A DNA stretch of 41,155 nt from Betaproteobacteria bacterium (lineage in GTDB: Bacteria; Pseudomonadota; Gammaproteobacteria; Burkholderiales; SG8-39): positions 1-41,155 of the forward strand of contig QYQC01000064.1 in NCBI GenBank assembly GCA_007280315.1, in the 5' to 3' direction. How positions within the stretch are numbered: position 1 is the first letter of the stretch; the number at the start of each line of letters is the position of its first letter. The translations under genes were made by a program, and so were the position numbers. Below, piece after piece: positions 31,543 to 39,916 of this stretch. The notes below the pieces were generated by a model. It made no database searches and was not told the DNA's origin. It saw only the letters and a list, made by a program, of their open reading frames with translations.

Positions 31543-31968
31543 TCAGCGCGAATAGACGTTCAGCGCGGGGAAAAAATAGGCGATTTCCACTTTGGCGGTG
31601 TCCACCGCATCCGACCCGTGCACGGCATTGGCGTCGATACTGTCGGCGAAATCGGCGCGAATCGTGCCTTTGTCCGCTTTTTTCGGATCGGTAGCGCCCA
31701 TCAGTTCCCGGTTCCTGGCAATGGCGTTCTCGCCTTCGAGAACCTGCACCATCACTGGGCCGGAGATCATGAACTTGACCAGATCATTGAAGAATGGCCG
31801 CCCTTTGTGCACTGCGTAAAATCCCTCGGCCTCGGCCTGAGACAGCTGCAGCATGCGCGCGGCGATGATCTTCAAGCCGTTGGTTTCAAAGCGAGAATAT
31901 ATCTTTCCTACGATATTTTTGACCACTGCGTCAGGCTTGATGATGGATAGGGTACGTTCAACAGCCAT
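31543..31968 (-). CDS. ndk: Nucleoside-diphosphate kinase
   Basis: [25 protein letters not shown]. Confidence 0.98.
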   Translation of the reverse strand: MAVERTLSIIKPDAVVKNIVGKIYSRFETNGLKIIAARMLQLSQAEAEGFYAVHKGRPFFNDLVKFMISGPVMVQVLEGENAIARNRELMGATDPKKADKGTIRADFADSIDANAVHGSDAVDTAKVEIAYFFPALNVYSR

Positions 31969-32082
31969 GCAAATCTCCAATGAAATGTGTGCGGAAAAAG
32001 CTTAACGTCATATTTTATCAGGGATTTTACATTGTGTCGCCTGCGCCGCCTGATGCGCCCGATGCGCAGTCGCGTTCGTATA

Positions 32083-33462
32083 TCAGTCGTGGGGACGCCA
32101 ACTGATCTGCCAGCCGCTCTCACCTGCTCCGGCTTCCCAACCGCTGGCCACACCCAGACCGGGTACTGCGACCAGCGTGTCGGCGCAATAAATCAGGGGC
32201 AGGCGTTCGCGCTCCCATGGCGGCAGCCGCATTTCCTGCAACAGGTTTTTCAGACTGCGTGTGGACCCTTTGGCCCGCAGCCGCAATTTCTCCCCGCCCT
32301 GCCGCAGTCTCAGGTTCAAACCGAATTCACCCACGCGCAAACGCCCCAGGCCCGCGCCTGTTCGACGCTCAAAATGCAATGCGCCACCGAGTTGCGGCAA
32401 CGACCACAGGCGCTTTCCGTCCCATTCACAGCGTAGATCCGCCGGTGGCTGCGGCAGCGACGGCAACAGATAGGCGCGTCCGGCGTAGCGGCGCAGTTCG
32501 CTCGCTCCCAGCGCGACACGCACGCTGGCATCGTCGCCAGCTTCGAGAAGCTGGCGCAGCGCCTCCTGCAATCGATCCGCCTCGGGCGCCGCAGCGCCCT
32601 GCCGCTGCAGCAGCCAGCGCAGCAAATTTTTCGACCGGGCACTTCCCAGGCGTCGCAATTCCGCCACCTCCAGTGTGCCGTCCTGCAACGCGCGCTTCGC
32701 ATCGTCCTCGGCCAGCAGGTCCAGAGTCCGGCTTGCCTCGGCCAGATGCCGTGCCGCGCGCCCCAGGGTTGCGCGATAGCCGGGAAACGCCTGCTCGATG
32801 ATCGGAAACACCCGGTGGCGCAGGAAGTTGCGGTCATAGCGCGTGTCCTGGTTGCTCTCGTCCTCGACCCACTTGAGTTTCCTGGCGCGCGCATACGATT
32901 CGATTTGCGTACGTGCCAGCCCAAGCATGGGTCGCAGGATCGCCGCCGCCCGCGTCCTCTTCCCGCCGCGATGCTGATCCCGAATCAGCGGCATCGACGC
33001 TCCACCTTTTACTCCGGCACCGCGCAGCAACTGCAACAACAGCGTCTCTGCCTGATCGTCCAGATGCTGCGCAAGCACGATGAAATCGGCCTGGCTTTGT
33101 GCTGCGTAGACCTGGTAGCGGACGCGACGGGCGGCAGCTTCCACACCCTCTGCGCGATGCGGGCCGATATCGACTTGATGCAACGCCAGAGCGATATCGT
33201 GTCGCTTGCACCGCCGCGCGCAAAACGCGGCCCAGAGGCGGGCGTTCGGGCTGATGTTATGGTTGATGTGTATGCAGGCAAGCCGAAAGTCGAGCGGGCC
33301 GGCGAGCCGGCGCAGCAGTTCCAGCAGCACCATCGAATCGAGGCCACCGGACAAACTCAACACCAGCCTGGCCCGGGGAAAGAGCAAAGGCTCGAGCGCT
33401 GCGCGCACCGTGGCTTCGAGCGCGTCGACGCTATTCGGTTTCGACTTCCTTGAACTTGCCAT
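32083..33462 (-). CDS. tilS: tRNA(Ile) lysidine synthetase
   Basis: PP-loop [30 protein letters not shown]; overlaps accA 3' end by 32 bp. Confidence 0.95.
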   Translation of the reverse strand: MASSRKSKPNSVDALEATVRAALEPLLFPRARLVLSLSGGLDSMVLLELLRRLAGPLDFRLACIHINHNISPNARLWAAFCARRCKRHDIALALHQVDIGPHRAEGVEAAARRVRYQVYAAQSQADFIVLAQHLDDQAETLLLQLLRGAGVKGGASMPLIRDQHRGGKRTRAAAILRPMLGLARTQIESYARARKLKWVEDESNQDTRYDRNFLRHRVFPIIEQAFPGYRATLGRAARHLAEASRTLDLLAEDDAKRALQDGTLEVAELRRLGSARSKNLLRWLLQRQGAAAPEADRLQEALRQLLEAGDDASVRVALGASELRRYAGRAYLLPSLPQPPADLRCEWDGKRLWSLPQLGGALHFERRTGAGLGRLRVGEFGLNLRLRQGGEKLRLRAKGSTRSLKNLLQEMRLPPWERERLPLIYCADTLVAVPGLGVASGWEAGAGESGWQISWRPHD

Positions 33463-34399
33463 ATTCCATCAGACGGCTCAGGCGCGCCTCGATCAGTTCG
33501 TCGACACCTTTGTTGGCAAATACGCGCAACGCGTCCTGCAGCGCTTTTTTCAGATTCTGCGCCATTGCCGTGTGGTCACGGTGGGCGCCGCCCAGCGGCT
33601 CGTTGATGATTTTATCGATCAGGCCCAGGGTTTTAAGCCTGGCGGCGGTGATACCCATGGTTTCCGCGGCCTCCGGCGCCTTGTCGGCGCTTTTCCACAG
33701 GATGGAGGCGCAACCCTCGGGCGAGATCACCGAATAAATCGCATACTGCAGCATCATCACAATATCGCCTACTGCGAGTGCAAGCGCGCCGCCTGAGCCG
33801 CCCTCGCCGATGACGGTGCAGATAATCGGCACGCGCAGTTCGGCCATGACGTAGAGGCTGCGGCCGATCGCCTCGGACTGGCCGCGCTCCTCGGCGCCGA
33901 TGCCCGGATACGCTCCGGGTGTATCGACGAAAGTCAGCACCGGAATATTGAATTTTTCCGCCAGGCGCATCAAGCGCATCGCTTTGCGGTAACCCTCCGG
34001 CCGCGGCATGCCGAAATTGCGCAGGATCTTTTCCTTGGTGTCGCGCCCTTTCTGCTGGCCGATCACCATGACCGACTGACCGTTGAAGCGCGCCAGGCCG
34101 CCGACGATGGAAAGATCGTCGGCGTAGGAACGATCGCCGTGCAGTTCCTCGAAATCGGTGAACAGCGCGCCGATGTAGTCCAGGGTAAACGGACGTTGCG
34201 GATGGCGCGCCACCTGCGCCATCTGCCACGGCGTGAGTTTGGCGTAAACGTCCTTGGTCAGCGCATTGCTTTTCTTCTGCAGCCGCGCGATTTCCTCGGA
34301 AATGTCCACCGCCGAGTCGTCCTGCACAAAGCGCAGTTCCTCGATTTTGGCTTCGAGCTCGGAAATGGATTGTTCAAATTCGAGAAAGGTCGTTTTCAA
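33431..34399 (-). CDS. accA: Acetyl-CoA carboxylase carboxyltransferase alpha
   Basis: [48 protein letters not shown]; TTG start. Confidence 0.97.
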   Translation of the reverse strand: MKTTFLEFEQSISELEAKIEELRFVQDDSAVDISEEIARLQKKSNALTKDVYAKLTPWQMAQVARHPQRPFTLDYIGALFTDFEELHGDRSYADDLSIVGGLARFNGQSVMVIGQQKGRDTKEKILRNFGMPRPEGYRKAMRLMRLAEKFNIPVLTFVDTPGAYPGIGAEERGQSEAIGRSLYVMAELRVPIICTVIGEGGSGGALALAVGDIVMMLQYAIYSVISPEGCASILWKSADKAPEAAETMGITAARLKTLGLIDKIINEPLGGAHRDHTAMAQNLKKALQDALRVFANKGVDELIEARLSRLMEYGKFKEVETE

Positions 34400-34482
34400 A
34401 GGCGCGCAGCCGCGATGTGGGCACAGAAGGCCTCATTCTAGCGCACTGTCTGAACTGCGTACTCGGCCACGTTCGCAGTCTT

Positions 34483-35097
34483 TCAGTACTCGACCGGTAC
34501 CGGATCCAGGCTGCGCCACAGATACCAGGTGGCGACGGAGCGCCACGGCGCCCAGTTCTCGGCCAATTCGCGCATGCGTTCGCGCGTGACGCGTTCGCCG
34601 TCGAAATAGTGCAAGCCGATCGCCTTCTGCAGCCCCAGATCGTCCAGCGGCAGCACGTCGGGCCGCAACAAATTGAACATCAGAAACATTTCCGCGGTCC
34701 AGCGACCGATGCCGCGCACCTGGATCAGTTCGGCGATCACCGCCTCGTCGTCCATGTCCGGCCAGTCGCGCGCGTGCATGCTGCCATCGGCGAAGTGTCG
34801 AGCAAGATCGGTGATGTACTCGGCCTTGCGCTGCGACAAGCCGCAGGTGCGAAGCCGGCGCCGCACCTTCAACAGTTGCGCCGGGGTCGCCTCGGGTGCG
34901 ATCGCGACCACCCGGTTCCATACCGACTCCGCCGCCTTCACCGAAATTTGCTGGCCGACGATGGATCGCGCCAGCGTTTTGAACGGCTCGCCGCGGCGCG
35001 CCAGCGCGATGCGCGGATGGGCACGGATGATGCGTGCAAGCACCGCATCGCGCCGTGCCAGCGCACGCTTGGCGCGCAGCCAATAATCCGGACTCAT
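34483..35097 (-). CDS. DNA-3-methyladenine glycosylase (AlkA/HhH-GPD family)
   Basis: SIVGQQIS, HhH VRGIGRWTAEM, DVLPLDDLG, WAPWRSVATWYLW. Confidence 0.92.
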   Translation of the reverse strand: MSPDYWLRAKRALARRDAVLARIIRAHPRIALARRGEPFKTLARSIVGQQISVKAAESVWNRVVAIAPEATPAQLLKVRRRLRTCGLSQRKAEYITDLARHFADGSMHARDWPDMDDEAVIAELIQVRGIGRWTAEMFLMFNLLRPDVLPLDDLGLQKAIGLHYFDGERVTRERMRELAENWAPWRSVATWYLWRSLDPVPVEY

Positions 35098-36119
35098 GAC
35101 GCCTGGGCCAGCGGCAGGTTGAGCAGCAGGTTTTGCGGTTTCATGTGCACCGTGCCGCCTTCACTCATGCACAACGCCAGGTACACCGGCCTGCCGGCGA
35201 TGTCCGCGCGCATTTCGCCGTCGTCGGCGAAATCCAGGCGGAACAAGGCGAGCAGGCGTACCAGTCTGTCCTGGGCCAATTCCTCGCCCCGCCGCAGATC
35301 GTTGAGCAGCGCGGTGGACTGTGCGTCCAGGCCGATGTGCCAGGCCCAGCGTGTCTCCTCAATGCGCGCAATGGAAGTCACGCTCACGTCAACGCCGGAA
35401 AGGTGCCGTATCCAGTGTTCGATCACGCGACAGAACGCGCTGAGCGCAGCGCGGCCATGATTCATGCTGATGACCAGGTCGTGTCGCTCGTCGCGTTGCC
35501 AGTACAGTTCTGCGTTGCCCCGGTCCAGCACCTCGAGGTCTACCTCCTGCAGCGGCGCGCGCGCCTCTGCGATCAGCTGCTCGAGTCCGGCGCCGGGCGC
35601 GTTGCCGGCGCCGCTGGATGCACGCATCTCGACCATCTCCAGATCGGCGAGCATCACCGTGCCCTCCTGCAAACTGGCCTTCTGCTCGCGGTAGAACAAT
35701 TCTGCCGCGCGCAATTCGAGCGGGTCCTCCTTGCCGTCGAGGATATTCCTCAGGATGACTTGAGCCAGCTGGTCGATGAACAGCGGCGGCGTGCTCACGT
35801 TCGCGCCGGCGAATAGTCCCAGGTAGCAGGCTTCCAAGGTCGGCGCAGCCAGCAATCGTGCGCGAAAATCGAGCACTATGCGGTAGTTGGCACGGGTATC
35901 CACATCCGCAATCGCCTCGATTCGCGCGTCCTCCACTGGCGCACGCGGTGCCCGCAACAGCGCCTGGTGCAGTGCGATCTCGTTGGCACAGGATTCCTCC
36001 ACCGGACGCAATTCGGGTCGCAGATAATAGGCGCGCAGGAAGTCGTCGCTGACGAGCAGGCGACCGCTCGCATCTCGGTCAAGCAAATGAAAACCCGAGT
36101 GCCGCCAGAAATCCCGCAC
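35094..36119 (-). CDS. Conserved protein resembling DUF6352
   Basis: GTG start at 36119 (or TTG at 36122) gives MRDFWRHSGFHLL..DDFLRAYYLRPEL.PVEESC; C-terminal WAWHIGLD, MKPQNLLLNLP; family name recalled, not searched. Confidence 0.72.
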   Translation of the reverse strand: MRDFWRHSGFHLLDRDASGRLLVSDDFLRAYYLRPELRPVEESCANEIALHQALLRAPRAPVEDARIEAIADVDTRANYRIVLDFRARLLAAPTLEACYLGLFAGANVSTPPLFIDQLAQVILRNILDGKEDPLELRAAELFYREQKASLQEGTVMLADLEMVEMRASSGAGNAPGAGLEQLIAEARAPLQEVDLEVLDRGNAELYWQRDERHDLVISMNHGRAALSAFCRVIEHWIRHLSGVDVSVTSIARIEETRWAWHIGLDAQSTALLNDLRRGEELAQDRLVRLLALFRLDFADDGEMRADIAGRPVYLALCMSEGGTVHMKPQNLLLNLPLAQAS

Positions 36120-36124
36120 CAAGG

Positions 36125-36715
36125 TCAAGCGCGCACGACGGCGTGCGGCGTGACGCGGCTGTGCGCGGCGACGTGTTGAGCCAAGAATCCCATCTGATCG
36201 GAAAGGATCTTGCGGTTGGTGAGGATCAGATACTCGGCCTTGTTCGGCACGTAAGGCGCATACAGCAATTCCATTCCCGCTTCCTCGGGTTTGCGGTTGC
36301 GCTTGGCGCCGTTGCAGTGACGGCAGGCGGAGACCACGTTCATCCAGTGGTCGCGCCCGCCGCGCGACAGCGGCGTAATGTGGTCGCGCGTCAGGCGCAG
36401 GTATCCGTACTCGGCGCCACAATAGGCGCAGATATGGCGGTCGCGGCGGAACAACTCGCGATTGGAGAGCGGCGGCACCTGCGAGAAACCCTTCGCCGCC
36501 ATCGCCCGGCCTTTGATCGCGATAATGGAGTTGGTGGTGATGCTGGAACGCTCGCCGGTCTTGCGCGAGGTGCCGCCATAGAACGTGAATGCGCTTTCGC
36601 CCAGGGTCCATGCCACCAGGTTCTTCGCGTAGTAATAGCAGGACTGCTGCCAGGTCACCCAGCGGTGCGGAACGCCATGAAAATCCAGCGTCAGGATGAG
36701 CGGAATCTCCGCCAT
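36125..36715 (-). CDS. HNH endonuclease
   Basis: CAYCG..LTRDHITPLSRGG.D.W.NVVSACRHCN..K (McrA-like Zn-HNH); ATG at 36715. Confidence 0.9.
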   Translation of the reverse strand: MAEIPLILTLDFHGVPHRWVTWQQSCYYYAKNLVAWTLGESAFTFYGGTSRKTGERSSITTNSIIAIKGRAMAAKGFSQVPPLSNRELFRRDRHICAYCGAEYGYLRLTRDHITPLSRGGRDHWMNVVSACRHCNGAKRNRKPEEAGMELLYAPYVPNKAEYLILTNRKILSDQMGFLAQHVAAHSRVTPHAVVRA

Positions 36716-36868
36716 GCGCTTGCCCCAAATCCCCTGTTGGTAAAAAACCAGGCTTGATGCACTGCGGGATAACACCAAGAAAAGCCGCAGCCATCAAGTG
36801 CTTGCGCGGAATTCTGCCTCAAAACTCGCAGTTGCGCCAGCATCACGCGCGACACCTGCCGCCGCTGG

Positions 36869-38461
36869 CTATTTGGCCGTCTTGCGCACTGCAGGCCGCG
36901 GTTTTTTGCGCGTCACCGATGGCTTGGGCAAGGGCACCATCTGCGGCGCACCGGAAACCACGCACCCGGTGTCGCAGCAGCGCCCGGGCTGGCGGTTGCG
37001 CTTGATTTTGCGCGCCGGATCGGCAAGCACCCCGCGATCGAGCAGGCGCTCCACCAGTTCCACCTTGTTTCCGACAGGATAATTGCGCCAGATTTGCTTT
37101 TTCATTGCCTCGGGCGAGCCGCCGCCGTGCAGGCTGATCAGCGAATACCAGCCGCCCTGGTTGGAAGCGGTAAGGTCTTCGATGAAGCGCGCCACTTCGA
37201 TACGCTTGTCGTAGGGAATTTCGGGGTTGCCGCGCAGCACGTCGGCTAGCCTGGCCGCGGTGGCCGGATTATGGTCTTCGTCGGGTCCCGGAAGGGAGAC
37301 GATCAGGCCGCCGGAGACGTGATGCGCCAGCCGGTGCATGTCGTAGATCTGCGTCGCCAGCAGCAGCTTGGCTATATTGGAGAACACTGCGTCAGGCATC
37401 ACGTTGCCCGATGGATCCGCGGCGGCGTAGACCGATGCCGCCACGCCGCAGGCGAAGAACCCCTCTACGATCTTGATCAACTCGACCATCTGCTCGCGCA
37501 GATTGTGCGCCCGTTCCAGATCGATTCCGTTGGCCTCGGTCATCAGCGCGCCGGCGCCGATCAGCAGGTCGCCGAAGCCTGCCCGCGCGCCGATGCAGGT
37601 ATGACGGTGATGCGTGGCATAGGTATGTGTGAGAAATCCCGCATGCTGCCATTCACCCGCGAGGAACACCCGCTCCCAGGGCACGAACACACGATCGAAC
37701 AGGCATACGCCGGTGGACTGACCGTACTTGCCGCTGAACTTCGCCGCGGCCTCGCCTGGGCGCCCGGCAGGACGCGCTACGATGGTGAGACCCTTCGCAT
37801 CCACCGGAACGGCGCAGCAAACGGCATACGCCGCGTCCGCTTCGGTCATGTTGCGCCCGGGCATGACCAGGATTTCGTGCACATAGGGCGCGCCGGTAAC
37901 GATCGCTTTGACGCCGGAAACGACAATGCCGCCTCTGCGCCGCCCGACAATGCGCACATGGCTGTCCGGACTTTCCTGTTCATGCGGGCGCTTGGCGCGG
38001 TCGCCCTTGCCGTCGGTCATGGCCACGGCGCAGGTGAGGTCGCGCTCCTGCGCGTCATGCATATAAGCGAGAAAACGCTGGTGATATTCGCTGCCGCAAT
38101 CCTGGTCGGTACGGTGCGTGGACTGGTACAGCGCGCTGAAAGCGTCGCCGCTGAGATAGCGCTGGGCGCAACCGGTTTCCTGACACACCAGCCGCACGGC
38201 TTCGAGCTTGTTCAACAGATCGGCGCTGCTACGCGCGACGTGAATCAGCCGGTTTACTTCCTGTCCCGAGGTGTGTTGTTGCGCGCGCATCAGCGGCGCC
38301 AGTTCCGGCCTGAGCGCATAATCGTAAGTAAGGCCGATGGCATTGACGCCGGGTGCGAGACCGGCGTCGCCGGCGACGGACTTTACCTTGCGCCCGTTCA
38401 CATATACGCTGGGCTTGCAGGCTTTGAGCGACTCACGGAATTCCCTGCCCGACATGAACAT
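36869..38461 (-). CDS. 4-hydroxybutyryl-CoA dehydratase / HpaB family flavoprotein with atypical active site
   Basis: AMTDGKGDR, GIVVSGVKA, FDRVFVPWERVF, SLHGGGSPEA; GGAGG RBS; start 38461 or 38455. Confidence 0.85.
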   Translation of the reverse strand: MFMSGREFRESLKACKPSVYVNGRKVKSVAGDAGLAPGVNAIGLTYDYALRPELAPLMRAQQHTSGQEVNRLIHVARSSADLLNKLEAVRLVCQETGCAQRYLSGDAFSALYQSTHRTDQDCGSEYHQRFLAYMHDAQERDLTCAVAMTDGKGDRAKRPHEQESPDSHVRIVGRRRGGIVVSGVKAIVTGAPYVHEILVMPGRNMTEADAAYAVCCAVPVDAKGLTIVARPAGRPGEAAAKFSGKYGQSTGVCLFDRVFVPWERVFLAGEWQHAGFLTHTYATHHRHTCIGARAGFGDLLIGAGALMTEANGIDLERAHNLREQMVELIKIVEGFFACGVAASVYAAADPSGNVMPDAVFSNIAKLLLATQIYDMHRLAHHVSGGLIVSLPGPDEDHNPATAARLADVLRGNPEIPYDKRIEVARFIEDLTASNQGGWYSLISLHGGGSPEAMKKQIWRNYPVGNKVELVERLLDRGVLADPARKIKRNRQPGRCCDTGCVVSGAPQMVPLPKPSVTRKKPRPAVRKTAK

Positions 38462-38518
38462 AACGCCTCCCGGGTACCCAGAACGCGGCGACGCGAACTG
38501 GTCCAAACGATTCCGAGT

Positions 38519-38559
38519 TTGATCTGGGTCAAGCGGACCCACGTTCGACCGACTATGCT
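38519..38559 (+). promoter_or_regulatory. FNR-type box with class II promoter
   Basis: TTGAT-CTGG-GTCAA (38519-38532, 9/10 match to TTGAT-N4-ATCAA) and -10 TATGCT at 38554-38559, consistent with about -41.5 spacing. Confidence 0.7.
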
Positions 38560-38589
38560 GTAATTCAACAACCCTGAATGCTATCGACC

Positions 38590-38964
38590 ATGACCAAGAA
38601 CGATTTCTCCGGATTCTGCGCGCTGCTGCAGTCGCAGCGCAAGCAGTTACTCGGCGAGATGCGCGAAAAAATCGCCTCTATCGAAGACGGTCCGGATTTT
38701 CCTAACCAGTTGAAAATCGCTGACAACGACGGACTGCCCGATGCGGCGGCCGAGATGAACGATGCGATGGTCGAGCGCGAAAGCCAGGAACTGCTGGAAA
38801 TCGAGGCCGCGCTTGCGCGCATCAGCGACGGCAGCTACGGCAGTTGTTCGGACTGCGGCGACGAGATCGGCGGGGCGCGCCTGAAAGCGTATCCGGCGGT
38901 CAAGCGCTGCCTGCGCTGCCAGGAAAAATATGAACACACGCACGGTCAGAACCACGCGGCCTGA
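38590..38964 (+). CDS. TraR/DksA family C4 zinc-finger protein
   Basis: Coiled coil then IEAALARI..GSYGSCSDC..I...RL.A.P...RCLRCQ; start 38590 or 38578. Confidence 0.88.
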   Translation: MTKNDFSGFCALLQSQRKQLLGEMREKIASIEDGPDFPNQLKIADNDGLPDAAAEMNDAMVERESQELLEIEAALARISDGSYGSCSDCGDEIGGARLKAYPAVKRCLRCQEKYEHTHGQNHAA

Positions 38965-39021
38965 ATGCGCGTGACGATGCGGACACGTGACCGAATCACG
39001 CGAATCTAAACTGGAGAAACA

Positions 39022-39471
39022 ATGTACACGCACATTCTGGTACCCACAGACGGTTCGGCCCTTTCCGACAAGGCCGTCGAAGCGGCAATCAAACTGGCCA
39101 AGCTGGCGGGCGCACGCATTACCGCTTTCCACGCGGTCGAACCCTATCCGCTGCAAGGCGCTTACGCGGCAGAAGCCAGCGGCGTCGCCGAACTGCAGCC
39201 GGAGATTTTCGCCGAACGCAGCGAGGAGTACGCCAAACGCGTGTTGGACACAGTCACCAAGGCGGCCGCGGCGGCCAAAGTGCAGTGCGACACCAGCTTC
39301 GCTACCAGCCACTCCGCGTCCCAGGCGATCGTCGAAAAAGCCAAGAAAGAAAAATGCGATCTTATCGTCATGGCATCCCACGGCCGGCGCGGCCTGGAAG
39401 GTTTTCTGCTGGGAAGCGAGACGCAGAAAGTCCTGACGCACAGCTCCATTCCGGTGCTGGTGTACCGCTAG
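39022..39471 (+). CDS. Universal stress protein (UspA family)
   Basis: HILVPTDGS, DLIVMASHGRRG, LLGSETQKVL, PVLV; GGAG RBS. Confidence 0.95.
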   Translation: MYTHILVPTDGSALSDKAVEAAIKLAKLAGARITAFHAVEPYPLQGAYAAEASGVAELQPEIFAERSEEYAKRVLDTVTKAAAAAKVQCDTSFATSHSASQAIVEKAKKEKCDLIVMASHGRRGLEGFLLGSETQKVLTHSSIPVLVYR

Positions 39472-39495
39472 AATCGGAACAAGCGTAAAGAAAAC

Positions 39496-39524
39496 AGGGC
39501 GGGGTCTCCCCGCCCTTTTTTTTT
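39496..39524 (+). terminator. Intrinsic terminator after usp
   Basis: GGGCGGGG-TCT-CCCCGCCC followed by T9. Confidence 0.85.
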
Positions 39525-39613
39525 GGGGGGCCACAGAACGCACCGCCATTGGCCGGGATGTAACGGACCGTGCGCCGCCGCGGCCGCTTCGCGCGCTCAA
39601 TTCGCGCGTCAAC

Positions 39614-39654
39614 TTGACAATTCTCAACGCGACTTAAAGCGCTGCGGGTAGCCT
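39614..39654 (+). promoter_or_regulatory. FNR/CRP-family box with possible class II promoter
   Basis: TTGAC-AATT-CTCAA (39614-39627) with TAGCCT at 39649-39654, the same offset as at the 38519 box. Confidence 0.5.
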
Positions 39655-39798
39655 ATTTTTGAAATGCCATACAGAACCAAGACATCAGATTTTCCAATGA
39701 GATCGATCGCATAGCCCGATAGCGTGCGCATCCGTTTCTGTCTGTTGGTTTTTTTTCCGAGCACGCACGGCGCCTGAATATGCGTGTATGCGCATATG

Positions 39799-39812
39799 TT
39801 GACTTTACTCAA
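39799..39812 (+). promoter_or_regulatory. Second FNR/CRP-family box upstream of the octaheme gene
   Basis: TTGAC-TTTA-CTCAA, half-sites identical to the 39614 box. Confidence 0.5.
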
Positions 39813-39916
39813 GCTCCGGGATTTCCACGAGTGCCTAATACCGGTTATCGATGCAAGCTCAGCGGATGTCCGCGACGGCATTCATGAGCGCTTCTCTACC
39901 AAAGGAGAGCGGAACA

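Noticed and set aside
33431-33462. 32-bp accA/tilS overlap
   Set aside because: Ordinary coupling of a commonly adjacent gene pair; both proteins appear intact
35094-36797. 567-aa ORF spanning the HNH gene in another frame (possible overlap or frameshift fusion)
   Set aside because: The N-terminal 226 aa are Arg/Pro/Ala-rich shadow sequence; the family-like N-terminus begins at 36119, just after the HNH stop; stop-free shadow frames are common at this GC content
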